A stretch of 64,000 bases of DNA from Burkholderiales bacterium (GCA_043753585.1 JAYUWL010000302.1:133-64132); one strand, 5' to 3'; numbered from the stretch's first letter, positions 32,428-43,688 are shown. Notes: generated by a model not told the origin, from the letters alone. Translations and numbers: made by a program.

Positions 32428-34545
32428 ATGCACTTCTACGCGGTTGTCGCGCTCTCGGCTTTTCTCCTTTTTCTCGTACAGCCGCTGATCGCAAAACAAA
32501 TCCTGCCGTGGTTTGGCGGCAGCTCTGCGGTGTGGACGACGTGCATGTTGTTTTTTCAGGGAGCGCTGTTGCTGGGGTACGCGTATTCGGACGTGACACC
32601 GCGCGCACTGGGCACCCGGCGGCAACCTGTGCTGCACATGGTGGTGGCGTTGCTCGCGCTGTTAGTGCTGCCGATTCTTGCGCCGGAGAGCTGGAAACCC
32701 GTGGGCGGAGAAGAGCCGATCTCGCGCATATTGCTGTTGTTGGCGGTGACGATTGGTTTGCCGTACGTGTTGCTATCGACCACGAGTCCGCTGATTCAAA
32801 GCTACTTTGCGCGACTGCACCCGGGCAGCGATCCTTATCGATTGTTTGCGTTGTCAAACGCGGCGTCGCTGATTGCCCTGGTGGCCTATCCCTTGGTGAT
32901 TGAGCCTTTTGTGGGCACCCGTATGCAGGCGATGGGTTGGTCAGTATTGTTCGCGGTATTTGTGCTTTTGTTGGTTAGTCTGGCTTGGCGGGTAAGTAGG
33001 GCGGGCGCTCAGCGAGCGACGGGTGATTTATCCACGATTACCTCTCCCCGCGGCCTGCACGAGGGCCGGGCGTTGCTCGCTCTCCCACAAGGACAAAAGG
33101 GAGCTGTTGGCGATTTGGCGACCGTCGCCACAAAACTCGACGCGGCAACCCAGCTACGCTGGATCGCGTTATCAGCGGCTGGCTCCATGTTGCTGTTGGC
33201 AGTCTCCAATCACATCACGCAAAACGTGGCGAGCGTTCCGTTGCTGTGGATCTTGCCGCTGACGCTCTATCTGCTGACGTTCATCCTGACGTTCGACGGC
33301 ACCGGCTGGTACGGGCGCCACATCTTCGCGGGGCCATTTTTCGTGACGGTTATCGGCATGTGCTTCCTGCTGGTCGACAAGGATTTCCAGTTTGACCTTG
33401 TAATCCAGACGAGTGTGTTTTGTGTCGGGTTGTTTGTCGTCTGCATGGTCTGTCACGGCGAGCTGGTGCTGTCCAAGCCCACGCCGCAAAACCTCACGCG
33501 CTTCTACCTGCTGGTGTCGATCGGTGGTGCGCTCGGTGCGCTGGTGGTGAGCGTGGGCGCGCCCTTGCTTTTCTCGAGTTACGTGGAAACGCCGTTGGCG
33601 CTATTGGTGGCCGCACTTCTGTTTGTCCCGGTGGCGCAGGCTACCCATCCTTTTCTGCAATGGGTCGCAGTGGCGTTGGCTATCGGGGTGGTCGGAACTG
33701 GCGCGTGGTTCGTCAAACAGGAGCACAACAACGCGCTCGAAGTATCACGTAATTTTTACGGCGTGCTCAAGGTCAAGTCCTATGACGAACCGAAGAACGA
33801 GGACTACCTCGTGCGGCTGGTTCACGGCGCGATCCTGCATGGCGAGCAATATCCCAACGAGAAGTGGAAACTACAACCCACCACCTATTACACGCCGACG
33901 TCGGGCTTTGGTCGGGCAGTGAATTTGCAGCGTGAAACATCACCAAAAACCAACAACACGCAGCGTATCGGCATGATCGGTCTGGGTGTCGGCACTGTGG
34001 CTGCGTATTGCCGCGAAGGCGACATTTGCCGCATCTATGAAATCAACGCCGAAGTTGAACGCCTTGCACGGAAGCATTTCACATATCTCTCCGATAGCAA
34101 AGGCAAAGTTAGCATCATTTTGGGCGATGCCCGACTGTCGCTCGAGCGCGAAGCAAGTAATCAGTTCAACGTGCTGGCGGTCGATGCCTTCTCAGGTGAT
34201 TCCATCCCCATGCACCTGATTACGCAAGAGGCAGTGCGTGCGTTTATGGCGCAGACTTCAAGCAATGGAATTCTCGCGTACCACGTCTCCAACCGCTTCC
34301 TGAATCTGCCGCCAGTATTGGCCGAAATTGCCGAAAAAGAAAAGCTGGCGGGAGTGGTTGTCGAGGACCCGGCGCAAAAGGACAATACGCTGCATTCCTC
34401 CAGCACCTGGGTGCTGCTGGCAAAGAATACGGATGTGCTCAAGGGAATTGGTGAAGCGGGCATTGCCCTAGCTATAAGCAACGGCGCGCCGTTGTGGACT
34501 GACGACTTCAACAATCTGTGGTCAGTGCTGAAGTGGAAGCATTGA
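32428..34545 (+). CDS. Fused membrane domain / spermidine-synthase-like methyltransferase
   Basis: LPWFGGS..VW, GLGVGT, GDARLSL, DAFSGDSIP, WTDDF. Confidence 0.9.
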   Translation: MHFYAVVALSAFLLFLVQPLIAKQILPWFGGSSAVWTTCMLFFQGALLLGYAYSDVTPRALGTRRQPVLHMVVALLALLVLPILAPESWKPVGGEEPISRILLLLAVTIGLPYVLLSTTSPLIQSYFARLHPGSDPYRLFALSNAASLIALVAYPLVIEPFVGTRMQAMGWSVLFAVFVLLLVSLAWRVSRAGAQRATGDLSTITSPRGLHEGRALLALPQGQKGAVGDLATVATKLDAATQLRWIALSAAGSMLLLAVSNHITQNVASVPLLWILPLTLYLLTFILTFDGTGWYGRHIFAGPFFVTVIGMCFLLVDKDFQFDLVIQTSVFCVGLFVVCMVCHGELVLSKPTPQNLTRFYLLVSIGGALGALVVSVGAPLLFSSYVETPLALLVAALLFVPVAQATHPFLQWVAVALAIGVVGTGAWFVKQEHNNALEVSRNFYGVLKVKSYDEPKNEDYLVRLVHGAILHGEQYPNEKWKLQPTTYYTPTSGFGRAVNLQRETSPKTNNTQRIGMIGLGVGTVAAYCREGDICRIYEINAEVERLARKHFTYLSDSKGKVSIILGDARLSLEREASNQFNVLAVDAFSGDSIPMHLITQEAVRAFMAQTSSNGILAYHVSNRFLNLPPVLAEIAEKEKLAGVVVEDPAQKDNTLHSSSTWVLLAKNTDVLKGIGEAGIALAISNGAPLWTDDFNNLWSVLKWKH

Positions 34546-34564
34546 GCGAACTGCCCGGCATGCG

Positions 34565-35287
34565 TTAGGTCTCGCTGCGCTCCAGACTCGAATCAACGCC
34601 GCCTCGTTCATCAAAGACAAAACAATCGCCGGTAAAGTGATGGCGTCCGACTTCCGCGAAGTAGCGCAGAATGCCGCCCTGTAGCTGAAACACGTTCTTC
34701 GCGCCGATGGACTGCAAGAACGGCGCGGCCTTTTCGCAGCGAATGCCTCCAGTGCAAAAGCTCACCACCGTTTTGTTTGCCAGTTCTGCGGTGTGCTCGC
34801 GCGCAGCGTCAGCGAACTCGGTGAAATTTCGATTGCCCCAGTACAGCGCATTGTTGAACGTGCCCTTTTCGAACTCGAAGTCGTTCCTCGTATCAAGCAA
34901 AACGATGTCTTCCCCGGCATCCAGTCGACGTTTGAGTTCATCGGCACCCATGAATGGCGCGGGCGCGTTGACTGGGTCGATACCCGGCTGCCGGAAGGTA
35001 ACGATCTCGGGTTTTAGCTTGATTTTGATGCGCTTGAATGGCACCTCTTCGCTCCAGCTCTGCTTGATATCGAGATTGGCGAATCGGGGGTCATCATGCA
35101 CCATCGCAAGGAAAACGCGCACGGTTGTTTCGGCTCCGGCCAGAAACATATTGATGCCCTCTGGTGCCAACAGAATAGTGCCTTTGAGCCCAAGCGCCTG
35201 CGCTTTGGGAAGCCACTCTGCTTTAAGCGCAGCGGTGTCGGCGATGCTGACGAATCGGTAGGTGGCAATATTCAAAATTCGGGACAT
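34565..35287 (-). CDS. TrhO/YceA-like rhodanese-domain protein, paralog 1
   Basis: GTILLAPEGIN, DTRNDFE, FCTGGIRCEK, CFVFDER. Confidence 0.9.
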   Translation of the reverse strand: MSRILNIATYRFVSIADTAALKAEWLPKAQALGLKGTILLAPEGINMFLAGAETTVRVFLAMVHDDPRFANLDIKQSWSEEVPFKRIKIKLKPEIVTFRQPGIDPVNAPAPFMGADELKRRLDAGEDIVLLDTRNDFEFEKGTFNNALYWGNRNFTEFADAAREHTAELANKTVVSFCTGGIRCEKAAPFLQSIGAKNVFQLQGGILRYFAEVGRHHFTGDCFVFDERGGVDSSLERSET

Positions 35288-35392
35288 TGCACGATTTTAA
35301 GCGCCACGCGACCGTCTACGAGTGGGCGATAATCGCCACACGACATCCGGGCCGGTGATTGCGGGCCTGTTTTTTTTGAGAGGACACAAGCC

Positions 35393-36091
35393 ATGAACGG
35401 ACACTGGATTGATATCAAGGCACATGATGGCGGCAGCTTCGGCGCATACGTTTCAACCCCGCCTACGGGCACGGGCCCTGGCATCGTATTGATTCAGGAA
35501 ATCTGGGGCGTTAACCAGCACGTTCGTGACGTGGCGGACTCCTACGCGATGGATGGTTTCACCGTGTTTGCACCCGATATTTTCTGGCGGCAGCAACCCC
35601 GCGTAGATTTGGGTTACAACGAGGTTGACAACCCAAAGGCGTTTGCCTTCATGGGGGCTCTAGATCGTCCGAACACGGAGCTTGATCTTGGTTGTACCGC
35701 GGCGGCGTTGCGCGCCCATCCCGCTGTTAACGGCAAGATAGCAAGTGTCGGCTACTGCATGGGCGGCGCGCTCTCGTTTGTGTGTGCCGCAAGCGGCATT
35801 GTTGACGCAGCGGTGTGCTACTACGGCGGCGGCATCCACACGATGCTCGACCGGGCGCCCAGCATCAACGTGCCGATGCTGCTGCATTTTGCGGAAAACG
35901 ACGGGCACATTCCGATGGCGGCGGTTGAGTCGGTGCAGGCTGCGTTCAAAGGCCGCGATGAAGTGCGCATTGATGTCTATCCCGGCGTTGATCACGGCTT
36001 TAATTGCTGGGGCCGCGCGATGTACAACCAGAAAGCAGCTGTTCTGGCGCGCGGTCGAACTCTGGAGTTTCTGGCGAAGGCGATTGCCTGA
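35393..36091 (+). CDS. Dienelactone hydrolase family protein
   Basis: QEIWG, GYCMGG, HGF. Confidence 0.93.
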   Translation: MNGHWIDIKAHDGGSFGAYVSTPPTGTGPGIVLIQEIWGVNQHVRDVADSYAMDGFTVFAPDIFWRQQPRVDLGYNEVDNPKAFAFMGALDRPNTELDLGCTAAALRAHPAVNGKIASVGYCMGGALSFVCAASGIVDAAVCYYGGGIHTMLDRAPSINVPMLLHFAENDGHIPMAAVESVQAAFKGRDEVRIDVYPGVDHGFNCWGRAMYNQKAAVLARGRTLEFLAKAIA

Positions 36092-36174
36092 CTGCCGGAG
36101 CGCCTCAGTGCCATTGGTTGCGCGCGTTTTAATTCAGTAACAACATAAAAAAACTTATCACGGAGGAGAACCCC

Positions 36175-37311
36175 ATGAGCTACGCCGCCATCACTGGCTG
36201 GGGCAAATGCATGCCCCCTGCGGTGCTGTCTAACGCCGATCTTGCGACGTTTCTGGAGACCGACGACGAGTGGATCACGTCGCGTACCGGCATGAAAGAG
36301 CGCCGTATTTCGCACGTGCACGCTGTCGAGCTTGCCTACGTCGCATCGATGCACGCGCTTGCCTGCGCCGGGCTCAAGGCCACCGATATTGACTTGATCG
36401 TTTACGGGTCATGCAGCTTTGATGAGATGGTGCCAAACACAGCCTCTGCCCTGCAGTACAAGCTGGGCGCCACGAACGCTGCCTCGATGGACGTGAATAC
36501 AGCGTGCACCAGTTTTCTCTACAGTTGGTCAACGGCGAACGCGATGATTCGCACCGGGGTGGTCAAGCGTGCGCTGGTGATTGGAGTAGAGATCATTTCG
36601 CGCTACATGGATTGGGAAAACCGTGGTGTGGCCGTGCTCTTTGGTGATGGTTGCGCTGCTATCGTGCTAGAAGTTACGGAGGAGAAGACAGGCCTTCTCG
36701 CGGAATCATTGGGCTGTATCGCTGATGCACGCGGAATCCTGCGCATTGGTGGCTACGGTGCTACTTACGCCAATGCCAACGTCGCATTTGGCGACATGTC
36801 GTGGACGTTTGACGGGCCGCAGATTTTCAAGAAGGCCGTCAATGGCATGATAGCGGCCAGTGCCAAGACGCTCGCAAAAGCCGGCATCACGGCTAAAGAC
36901 GTTGACCTGGTAGTCCCGCATCAGGCCAATTCGCGCATCATCGAAGCGGTTGCAAAATACGCTGGCATTCCGATGAGTAAAGTGCAGTTGACGGTGCAAA
37001 AGTACGGCAACATGAGCGCTGCCACCGTGCCTGTGGCATTGGTCGAAGCGCTGGAAGAAGGGCGAATCCAGCCGAATGCGAAAATCCTGATGCCTGCGTT
37101 TGGCGCTGGCCTTACCGTGTGTTCGCATTACGCCGAGTGGGGCACACGAACGACCCCCAAAGACGAATCCGACGTTCTGCTTGCGCCCTGCGACCAAACG
37201 GCATTACAGCTGGTCAATGCGATCCGTGTGACCAAAGACATTCGTGGCCGCAGCGCACCGGGCCTTGCCGGGGCGTACTGCGTTGATCAGAAGCCTTACG
37301 GAACCCAGTAG
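36175..37311 (+). CDS. fabH: Beta-ketoacyl-ACP synthase III family
   Basis: ACTSF, PHQAN, GNMSAA catalytic triad. Confidence 0.88.
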   Translation: MSYAAITGWGKCMPPAVLSNADLATFLETDDEWITSRTGMKERRISHVHAVELAYVASMHALACAGLKATDIDLIVYGSCSFDEMVPNTASALQYKLGATNAASMDVNTACTSFLYSWSTANAMIRTGVVKRALVIGVEIISRYMDWENRGVAVLFGDGCAAIVLEVTEEKTGLLAESLGCIADARGILRIGGYGATYANANVAFGDMSWTFDGPQIFKKAVNGMIAASAKTLAKAGITAKDVDLVVPHQANSRIIEAVAKYAGIPMSKVQLTVQKYGNMSAATVPVALVEALEEGRIQPNAKILMPAFGAGLTVCSHYAEWGTRTTPKDESDVLLAPCDQTALQLVNAIRVTKDIRGRSAPGLAGAYCVDQKPYGTQ

Positions 37312-37332
37312 CGCCCCGAGCTTCTGCTGGTG

Positions 37333-38220
37333 CTAATGCCGCAGATAGTGCGGCACCGCCTCGCCCTCTGAACAGAATTTCCGCAGGATCGACAGGCGCG
37401 TTTCCGACGCTTTGCCATCGGCAACCAGCTTTCGCAGCGCGCAGTCAGGTTCGTGCAGATGCTTGCAGTCGCGAAAGCGGCAGCTGCCCAGCGCATCGCA
37501 AAACTCCGGGAACGCGCGCTCGATTTCCTGCCGTGAAAAGTGGTTGAGGCCGAATACCTGCATGCCCGGTGAATCGATCACCCAGGTGTCCTCCCGACCC
37601 AGCGTGAACAGGCGGGTGAACGTTGTCGTGTGCTTGCCGGAGTCGAGAGCGACTGAAATTTCATTGGTCTTTTGCGCTTCTTCACCGACCAGCGCGTTGA
37701 GCAATTTGCTCTTGCCCATGCCGGATTGGCCGATCAGGACCGAGCGTTCGCCGAGCAGTCGTTCTCGCATCGGTGCGTCGTTGAATTTTGCGGAAAAAAG
37801 CACTACGTCGTAGCCAAGATCACGGTAGCGGGCAAGCGCGTTGGCAGCCGCTGCAGCTTCGACCAGATCAATTTTATTGAGCCCGATGATTGCCCGGACT
37901 TTGCTGGCCTCCGCACAGACCAGCCAGCGGTTCAAAAGCTCGTCCGAGTAGGCGGGCAGTGGCGCGATGATGCAGGCAACCTGAGTGACGTTGGCCGCCA
38001 CCAGCTTCTCTTTGTAAGCGTCGGCGCGGTAAAAAAGCGAGCGCCGGTCGAGCACAGATTCAACAACGCCTTCGCGGTCGTTGGTCATTGTGAGGTGCAC
38101 TAAATCGCCACATGCCATCTGCAGCAACCGGCCTTTGCTGATGCACTTGATTCGCGAGCCGTCCGGCATTTGCACGATGTTGTGGCGGCGTTGTGTCTCG
38201 ATGACCAGACCTTGAAGCAT
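37333..38220 (-). CDS. rsgA: Ribosome small subunit-dependent GTPase A
   Basis: NKID, GQSGMGKS, GKHTTT, DSPG, CRFRDCKH..EPDC. Confidence 0.96.
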   Translation of the reverse strand: MLQGLVIETQRRHNIVQMPDGSRIKCISKGRLLQMACGDLVHLTMTNDREGVVESVLDRRSLFYRADAYKEKLVAANVTQVACIIAPLPAYSDELLNRWLVCAEASKVRAIIGLNKIDLVEAAAAANALARYRDLGYDVVLFSAKFNDAPMRERLLGERSVLIGQSGMGKSKLLNALVGEEAQKTNEISVALDSGKHTTTFTRLFTLGREDTWVIDSPGMQVFGLNHFSRQEIERAFPEFCDALGSCRFRDCKHLHEPDCALRKLVADGKASETRLSILRKFCSEGEAVPHYLRH

Positions 38221-38238
38221 TCGATTTCTTCTTACTTT

Positions 38239-38610
38239 TTAGACGAGTGCATGGGCAGTTTCGATACGCGCCGCGCAGATAAAGTCGTTGATGGAAATAC
38301 CGCCTTTGCCATGCTCGACGTCATGCGTATTGAATGCAACTTCGCAGCGGTTGAAGTGCACCGACAGATCCGGGTGATGATCGGTACGGTGCGAGATTGC
38401 AGCGACTACGTTAACGAACACGATCGTCTCAAAATAGTTACTGAAGCGAAACGTCTTGACGATTTTGCCGTGCTGCAAAGACCAATCTGGCAGCACAACC
38501 AGTTGCGCGTCAATCTGCGCGGTTGTAAACGCCTGCGCATCATGTTGCGGTGCAGCTTGCATCGCGGCGAGAGCAGCGACTGCCTGAACCCCGAGAACGG
38601 TAGAGCTCAT
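38239..38610 (-). CDS. Pterin-4-alpha-carbinolamine dehydratase (start uncertain)
   Basis: DHHPDL, THD..GGIS.NDFICAA. Confidence 0.9.
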   Translation of the reverse strand: MSSTVLGVQAVAALAAMQAAPQHDAQAFTTAQIDAQLVVLPDWSLQHGKIVKTFRFSNYFETIVFVNVVAAISHRTDHHPDLSVHFNRCEVAFNTHDVEHGKGGISINDFICAARIETAHALV

Positions 38611-39929
38611 GCGGCTGTCCCCGGAAGCGGTGGCGTCGGCAGCGGATGCGCCTGCAAGTGTGCAATGCGGATCATCGCCGGAGGATGCGAGTGGTGGTAG
38701 GCCGAGTAAAGCGGGTCCGGCGTCAGGGTGTTGGCGTTGTCTTTGTACAGCTTGGTGAGCGCTGCGATGAGGTCGTCCCGGTTGGACACTTCCGCCGCGT
38801 AGGCGTCCGCTTCAAACTCGTGTTTACGCGAATATGCGGAAGCTATCGGCCCCAGCCAGAACAAGAGCGGAGGCAACACGAGCGAAAACAGCAAGAGCGC
38901 AACGCCCGGCGACGTGGTGCCCGTGTCAGCAGCAAACCCGAACGACGTGTAGAGCCACGGCTGCGGCAACACCCAGGCCACCGCCGCGAGGAAAGCGAGA
39001 CTCGCCAGCGCCATGAACACGACACGCTTGACGATGTGTTTGCGCTTGAAGTGACCCAACTCATGCGATAGAACCGCCACGATTTCGTTATTGTTCAGAC
39101 GCTCAAGCAGGGTATCGAAGAACACGATGCGTTTGCCCTTGCCAAAACCCGTGAAATATGCGTTGCCGTGAGCAGACCGCTTTGAACCATCCATTACAAA
39201 AAGGCCCTTGCTCTCGAACTCGGTACGTTTGAGCAGGCCCTCAATCGCGGACTTTGTTTCACCCGAATCGAGTGGCGCAAATTTATTGAACAGTGGCGCG
39301 ATAAACGTCGGATAAAGCGCGAGCATCAGCAGCTGGAAACCCAAGAACACAAGCCACGCGTACAGCCACCACAGCGGGCCTGCCGAGCGCATGAGCCAAA
39401 ACACCAGTGCCGCGAGCGGCAGCACCAGCGCGGCCGAGAGCAGACTGCCCTTGGCCAGATCAATCCAGAACGTGGTTTTCGTCGTCTTGTTGAAGCCAAA
39501 TTTTTCTTCGACGTTGAACGTGCTGTAGTACGAAAGCGGCACCGAGATCACGCCTGTGACTAGGGACAGCAGCGCGACAAGGGCCACTTCGCGAAGAATC
39601 GGTGTATCTGCCAGCGGTAGCGTTACGTCCCACAACCGACTCAATCCGCCGAACAGAATCAAGGCAGAAACGACGAGTCCAATGGCTGAATCCACTTTGG
39701 TGAATGTGCCTTTGGCTAAGGTGTAATCGGCTGCACGCTGATGGTCGGCGAGCGTGATGCGATCTGCGAATGCGGACGGAACCTGATCCCGCCACGAGGC
39801 GACGTGCCGTAATTGCCGATTGAGCAACCAGCGCTCGATGAAGTAGTGCGCAAGTAGCGCGACCATCATGACTGAGACGAAGCTCGTCGCGGAAACAGCA
39901 GGGAGATGGGTAAGAGTATCGAACGGCAT
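38607..39929 (-). CDS. M48 (Ste24-like) metallopeptidase
   Basis: [27 protein letters not shown]. Confidence 0.94.
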   Translation of the reverse strand: MPFDTLTHLPAVSATSFVSVMMVALLAHYFIERWLLNRQLRHVASWRDQVPSAFADRITLADHQRAADYTLAKGTFTKVDSAIGLVVSALILFGGLSRLWDVTLPLADTPILREVALVALLSLVTGVISVPLSYYSTFNVEEKFGFNKTTKTTFWIDLAKGSLLSAALVLPLAALVFWLMRSAGPLWWLYAWLVFLGFQLLMLALYPTFIAPLFNKFAPLDSGETKSAIEGLLKRTEFESKGLFVMDGSKRSAHGNAYFTGFGKGKRIVFFDTLLERLNNNEIVAVLSHELGHFKRKHIVKRVVFMALASLAFLAAVAWVLPQPWLYTSFGFAADTGTTSPGVALLLFSLVLPPLLFWLGPIASAYSRKHEFEADAYAAEVSNRDDLIAALTKLYKDNANTLTPDPLYSAYHHSHPPAMIRIAHLQAHPLPTPPLPGTAA

Positions 39930-40031
39930 GCGCTGTGGGAAAATCGATTTGGCCTAATTGTTGACCATATTGGGTCCAACGTTCCTTTTTCACGCTTCTC
40001 GCGTCTCCTCTCGACGGTACTTTCGCACGCT

Positions 40032-40610
40032 ATGGCACAAAACAAAAATCATCTTATCTGGCTTGACATGGAAATGTCCGGCCTCGATCCTGAAATTTGC
40101 CGGGTGCTGGAGGTGGCCGTTGTCATTACCGACAAAGACCTGAACACCGTGGCTGAAGGGCCAGTACTGGTGATCCATCAAGCCGACGGCGTGCTCGAAG
40201 CTATGGACGAATGGAACAAAAATACTCACGGGCGATCAGGCTTGATCGAAAAGGTGAGGGCCTCGACACTCACCGAAGAAATGGCGTCGACCCAGATGAT
40301 TGACTTTCTTGCCAATTACTTGCCGAAAGGTGTCAGTCCGCTCTGCGGCAACAGCGTGCATCAGGATCGCCGCTTTATGGTTCGCTACATGCCAGAGTTT
40401 GAAGCCTATTTTCACTATCGAAATCTCGATGTGAGCACGCTGAAGGAGCTGGCTTCCCGGTGGGCACCCGATGTTAAAAAGAGTTTCCGCAAGAAGACCC
40501 GCCATACCGCTTTGGCCGATGTGTACGAAAGCATCGACGAGCTAAAACACTACCGCCATCATTTCATCAAACTCCCGGTCCCCGCAAGCGCACTGGAGGT
40601 CAAAGCTTGA
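40032..40610 (+). CDS. orn: Oligoribonuclease
   Basis: [29 protein letters not shown]. Confidence 0.97.
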   Translation: MAQNKNHLIWLDMEMSGLDPEICRVLEVAVVITDKDLNTVAEGPVLVIHQADGVLEAMDEWNKNTHGRSGLIEKVRASTLTEEMASTQMIDFLANYLPKGVSPLCGNSVHQDRRFMVRYMPEFEAYFHYRNLDVSTLKELASRWAPDVKKSFRKKTRHTALADVYESIDELKHYRHHFIKLPVPASALEVKA

Positions 40611-41137
40611 AGTTTTGCTCCGCCTGCGGCAGCGCCGGGATCGCTCTGCGCGTCCCCGATGGCGATCAGCGCGCGCGCTTTGTCTGTCCGTCGTGCGGCA
40701 CCGTTCACTATTCAAATCCAAATATCGTCTGTGGCGTCGTCCCCGTTTTCGATGACCGGGTGATGCTCTGCCTGCGCGGCATTGAGCCGCGCCTCGGCAA
40801 ATGGACCCTACCGGCCGGTTTTATGGAGAACAACGAAACGGTGGAAGAGGGAGCACAGCGCGAGCTTTTTGAAGAAGCCGTGGCCACGGTGACGCTCGGG
40901 CCTTTGCTCACGGTCCTTTCGGTGCCCTACATTTCGCAGGTTCACATGATGTATCTCGGCATGATGAGCGAGGCGAAGTATGCAACCACGCCGGAGAGTA
41001 CTGATATTCGCTTGTTTCGTGAGGATGAGATTCCCTGGAAGGAACTTGCGTTTCGCACCGTGAAGACGGCCCTCGAGCATTATTTTGAGTGTCGCCGCAA
41101 GGGCGAGTTCACGCTATTAAGCGCAAAGATCGACTAA
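40607..41137 (+). CDS. NUDIX hydrolase with N-terminal Zn ribbon
   Basis: FCSACG..CPSC; PAGFME..E..RELFEE. Confidence 0.93.
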   Translation: MKFCSACGSAGIALRVPDGDQRARFVCPSCGTVHYSNPNIVCGVVPVFDDRVMLCLRGIEPRLGKWTLPAGFMENNETVEEGAQRELFEEAVATVTLGPLLTVLSVPYISQVHMMYLGMMSEAKYATTPESTDIRLFREDEIPWKELAFRTVKTALEHYFECRRKGEFTLLSAKID

Positions 41138-41200
41138 CAGCTTTTGGCTGAAATGCTTATTAGCCATGGGCTAGCCGCCTGTAAAGGTGAAAGTCGAACA
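41138..41200 (+). repeat. 116-bp dyad element, left arm and centre (copy F)
   Basis: CAGCTTTT-ggcTGAA..TGGGCTAG..GAAAGTC|GAAC, centre 41195|41196. Confidence 0.8.
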
Positions 41201-41216
41201 ATTGGAAGGATTTTTT

Positions 41217-41720
41217 ATGATTTTTCGAAGTTTTTCACGCGCCGCAGCTGCGTCGTTCACGTGTGCGGTGATGGCCGCCAACGCGCAGGACGCCACGTTT
41301 TCCACTAAATCGCTCACGCCGGAGACAGCGCTATCCGCTGCCAAAGCCGCGCTCGAACAGTGTCGCAAAGACGGCTACCAGGTGACTGTTGCCGTGGTTG
41401 ACCGGGCCGGGCTGGTGCAGGTGCTATTGCGTGATCGCTTCGCCGGTGCGCATACCGTCGATATCGCGCCGAACAAGGCGTGGACGGCGGTGAGTTTCCG
41501 CATTCCCACGACGGCGCTCGCCGTCGAAACGCAACCCGGCAAACCAATGAGCGCGATCCGTTCGCATCCGAAAGTGTTGGCCGCAGGCGGCGGCCTGGTG
41601 ATTGAAGCGGCGGGTTCCGTGGTCGGCGGCATCGGCGTGTCAGGCGCGCCAGGTGGCGAGGCGGATGATGTTTGTGCGATAGCCGGAATCAAGGCGATTG
41701 CTGACGCGATAGAGTTCTAG
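41217..41720 (+). CDS. GlcG/HbpS heme-binding family exported protein
   Basis: AVVDRAG, KAWTA, GGIGVSGAPGG..D. Confidence 0.9.
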   Translation: MIFRSFSRAAAASFTCAVMAANAQDATFSTKSLTPETALSAAKAALEQCRKDGYQVTVAVVDRAGLVQVLLRDRFAGAHTVDIAPNKAWTAVSFRIPTTALAVETQPGKPMSAIRSHPKVLAAGGGLVIEAAGSVVGGIGVSGAPGGEADDVCAIAGIKAIADAIEF

Positions 41721-42043
41721 CATCAGGCCATTTCGGCAAGCCCTGTCTGCATTCGTCAGAAGAATTCGGTGTTCATGATGAAGGCTCCGATGGCGCGGTG
41801 GTGCTGAGACATGCGTTAGCGTTGCGCTGGATTCGCGGGGCGCCTGTGTAAGCGTCGTCCGACACGTCAACGGGCCGCCGTCGGATTGCCCTCAATCGAG
41901 CGCTATCAAAAAATCAGGTAAACGAATGCAGCGCGAAGTCGTTTTACCCCGGTCGTGCGCGCAATGCATAGCGGAGATTGATTCGACGACACAATTGCCG
42001 CTTTCCCTCGCGTGCCATTTCAACCAACCGCAACGAGAAAACC

Positions 42044-42202
42044 ATGAGCGTAGGAACGATCCTGCTGATCCTTTTAATCCTGCTACTTGTGGGCGCGTTT
42101 CCGAGATGGCCGCACAGCAAGGGCTGGGGCTTCGCGCCGAGCGGAGTTTTGGGTATCGTGCTCATAATCATGATCGTTTTGCTGCTCACCGGACGTTTGT
42201 GA
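42044..42202 (+). CDS. DUF3309 family small membrane protein
   Basis: GTILLILLILLLVGAFPRWPHSKGWGFAPSG. Confidence 0.88.
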   Translation: MSVGTILLILLILLLVGAFPRWPHSKGWGFAPSGVLGIVLIIMIVLLLTGRL

Positions 42203-42269
42203 TGGGGCAATTGGCAACGGGCGCTTTTGTCGTCGGCGCAACTGCCGGGTCAACTGCTGCCCTGCGCTT

Positions 42270-43688
42270 ATGACGTTATCAGTCATTTCACCGCGCAGCC
42301 TATTGAGTCTCCTGCTGTGTGCGTCTTGTATGACGGCCTGCAGCAGCCTGCCGAGGATCGTTCCCGACCTCGCACCCGACCGTCGCACGGCAGTGCAACT
42401 CGAGGGCGTACGGGGGCCGCTTTCCGCAGTTCAGAGTAAAGCGATCCTTGACGGCCTCCGCGCGCGCAGCCCCAAGACCGACATTTTTGATCGCCACCTT
42501 GCGGTAGAGGAAGCAATCGTTGGCAGCCCGCTGACGACGGGCAATCAGGTGATGTTGCTACAGGACGGTCCGGCTACATACCGGTCAATGCTGGCAGCCA
42601 TCAGCGGCGCGCGCGATCACATCAACATGGAGACTTACATCTTTGATGATGACGAGGTGGGGCGGCTCTTTGCTCAAGCCCTGATCGACAAGCAAAAACA
42701 GGGCGTGCAGGTCAATTTGATTCACGATAGCGCGGGCACATTCAGTACGCCGCGAGAGTTCTTCAAACGGCTCACGGACGCAGGTGTGCGGGTTCTCGAA
42801 TACAACCCGATCAATCCCCTCCTTGCCCGCAAAGAGTGGCAGCTGAATCAGCGTGATCATCGAAAACTGTTGATTGTTGACGGCACAACGGCGTTTCTCG
42901 GTGGCATCAACATCAGCAGTGTCTATTCAGGCGGTTCGTTCGGTCAGGCAGCGAAAGCTCAGACGCGTACTGCTAAGCCACCGAGCGCAATCGCAACGCT
43001 CGCCTGGCGCGACACGGATTTACGATTACAGGGGCCAGTGGTTGCTGAATTCCAGAAACTGTTTCTGGAAACATGGGAGTCGCAACGCGGTGAACCACTT
43101 GCGGCAAAGAAATGGTTTCCGCCGCCGTTAACTTCCGGACGGCAAGTGGTGCGTGCTATCGGCAGTTCCCCGGAAGAACCCTATAGCCTGATTTACGCGA
43201 CGTTACTGTCGGCCATTGCCAGCGCTGAGACGAGCGTGAGTCTTACCAACGCGTACTTCGTACCCGATCCGCAAATGCTTGCTGCGCTTAAAGCGGCCGC
43301 GCGTCGCGGCGTCGATGTGAAACTGATTTTGCCGAGTCAGACCGATTTCTGGCTCGTGTTGCACGCGGGGCATCATTACTACGATACTTTGCTGCGCGCA
43401 GGCGTAAAAATTTACGAGCGACGCGGAGTGGTTATGCATTCGAAAACAGCACTGATTGATGGTGTGTGGGCGACGGTTGGCTCAACCAATATGGATTGGC
43501 GCAGCTTCCTGCACAATCGTGAGTTGAACGCTGTCGTGCTGGGCGCAGAGTTTGGTACTCAGCTGCAAGCCATGTTTGACAAGGATTTGTTGGAGTCCGA
43601 CGTCATTACGCATGACCAGTGGCAAAAGCGACCAGCGGCAAAGCGCGCTAAAGAACTGTTCGCTCGGCTGTGGGAATACTGGCTTTAA
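42270..43688 (+). CDS. clsB: Cardiolipin synthase / phospholipase D family (ClsB-like), possible lipoprotein
   Basis: Two HKD motifs (HRKLLIVD, HSKTALID). Confidence 0.85.
   Translation: MTLSVISPRSLLSLLLCASCMTACSSLPRIVPDLAPDRRTAVQLEGVRGPLSAVQSKAILDGLRARSPKTDIFDRHLAVEEAIVGSPLTTGNQVMLLQDGPATYRSMLAAISGARDHINMETYIFDDDEVGRLFAQALIDKQKQGVQVNLIHDSAGTFSTPREFFKRLTDAGVRVLEYNPINPLLARKEWQLNQRDHRKLLIVDGTTAFLGGINISSVYSGGSFGQAAKAQTRTAKPPSAIATLAWRDTDLRLQGPVVAEFQKLFLETWESQRGEPLAAKKWFPPPLTSGRQVVRAIGSSPEEPYSLIYATLLSAIASAETSVSLTNAYFVPDPQMLAALKAAARRGVDVKLILPSQTDFWLVLHAGHHYYDTLLRAGVKIYERRGVVMHSKTALIDGVWATVGSTNMDWRSFLHNRELNAVVLGAEFGTQLQAMFDKDLLESDVITHDQWQKRPAAKRAKELFARLWEYWL

Noticed and set aside
39906-40031. N-terminal extension of Orn
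   Set aside because: Overlaps the divergent M48 gene start; homology begins at 40032.
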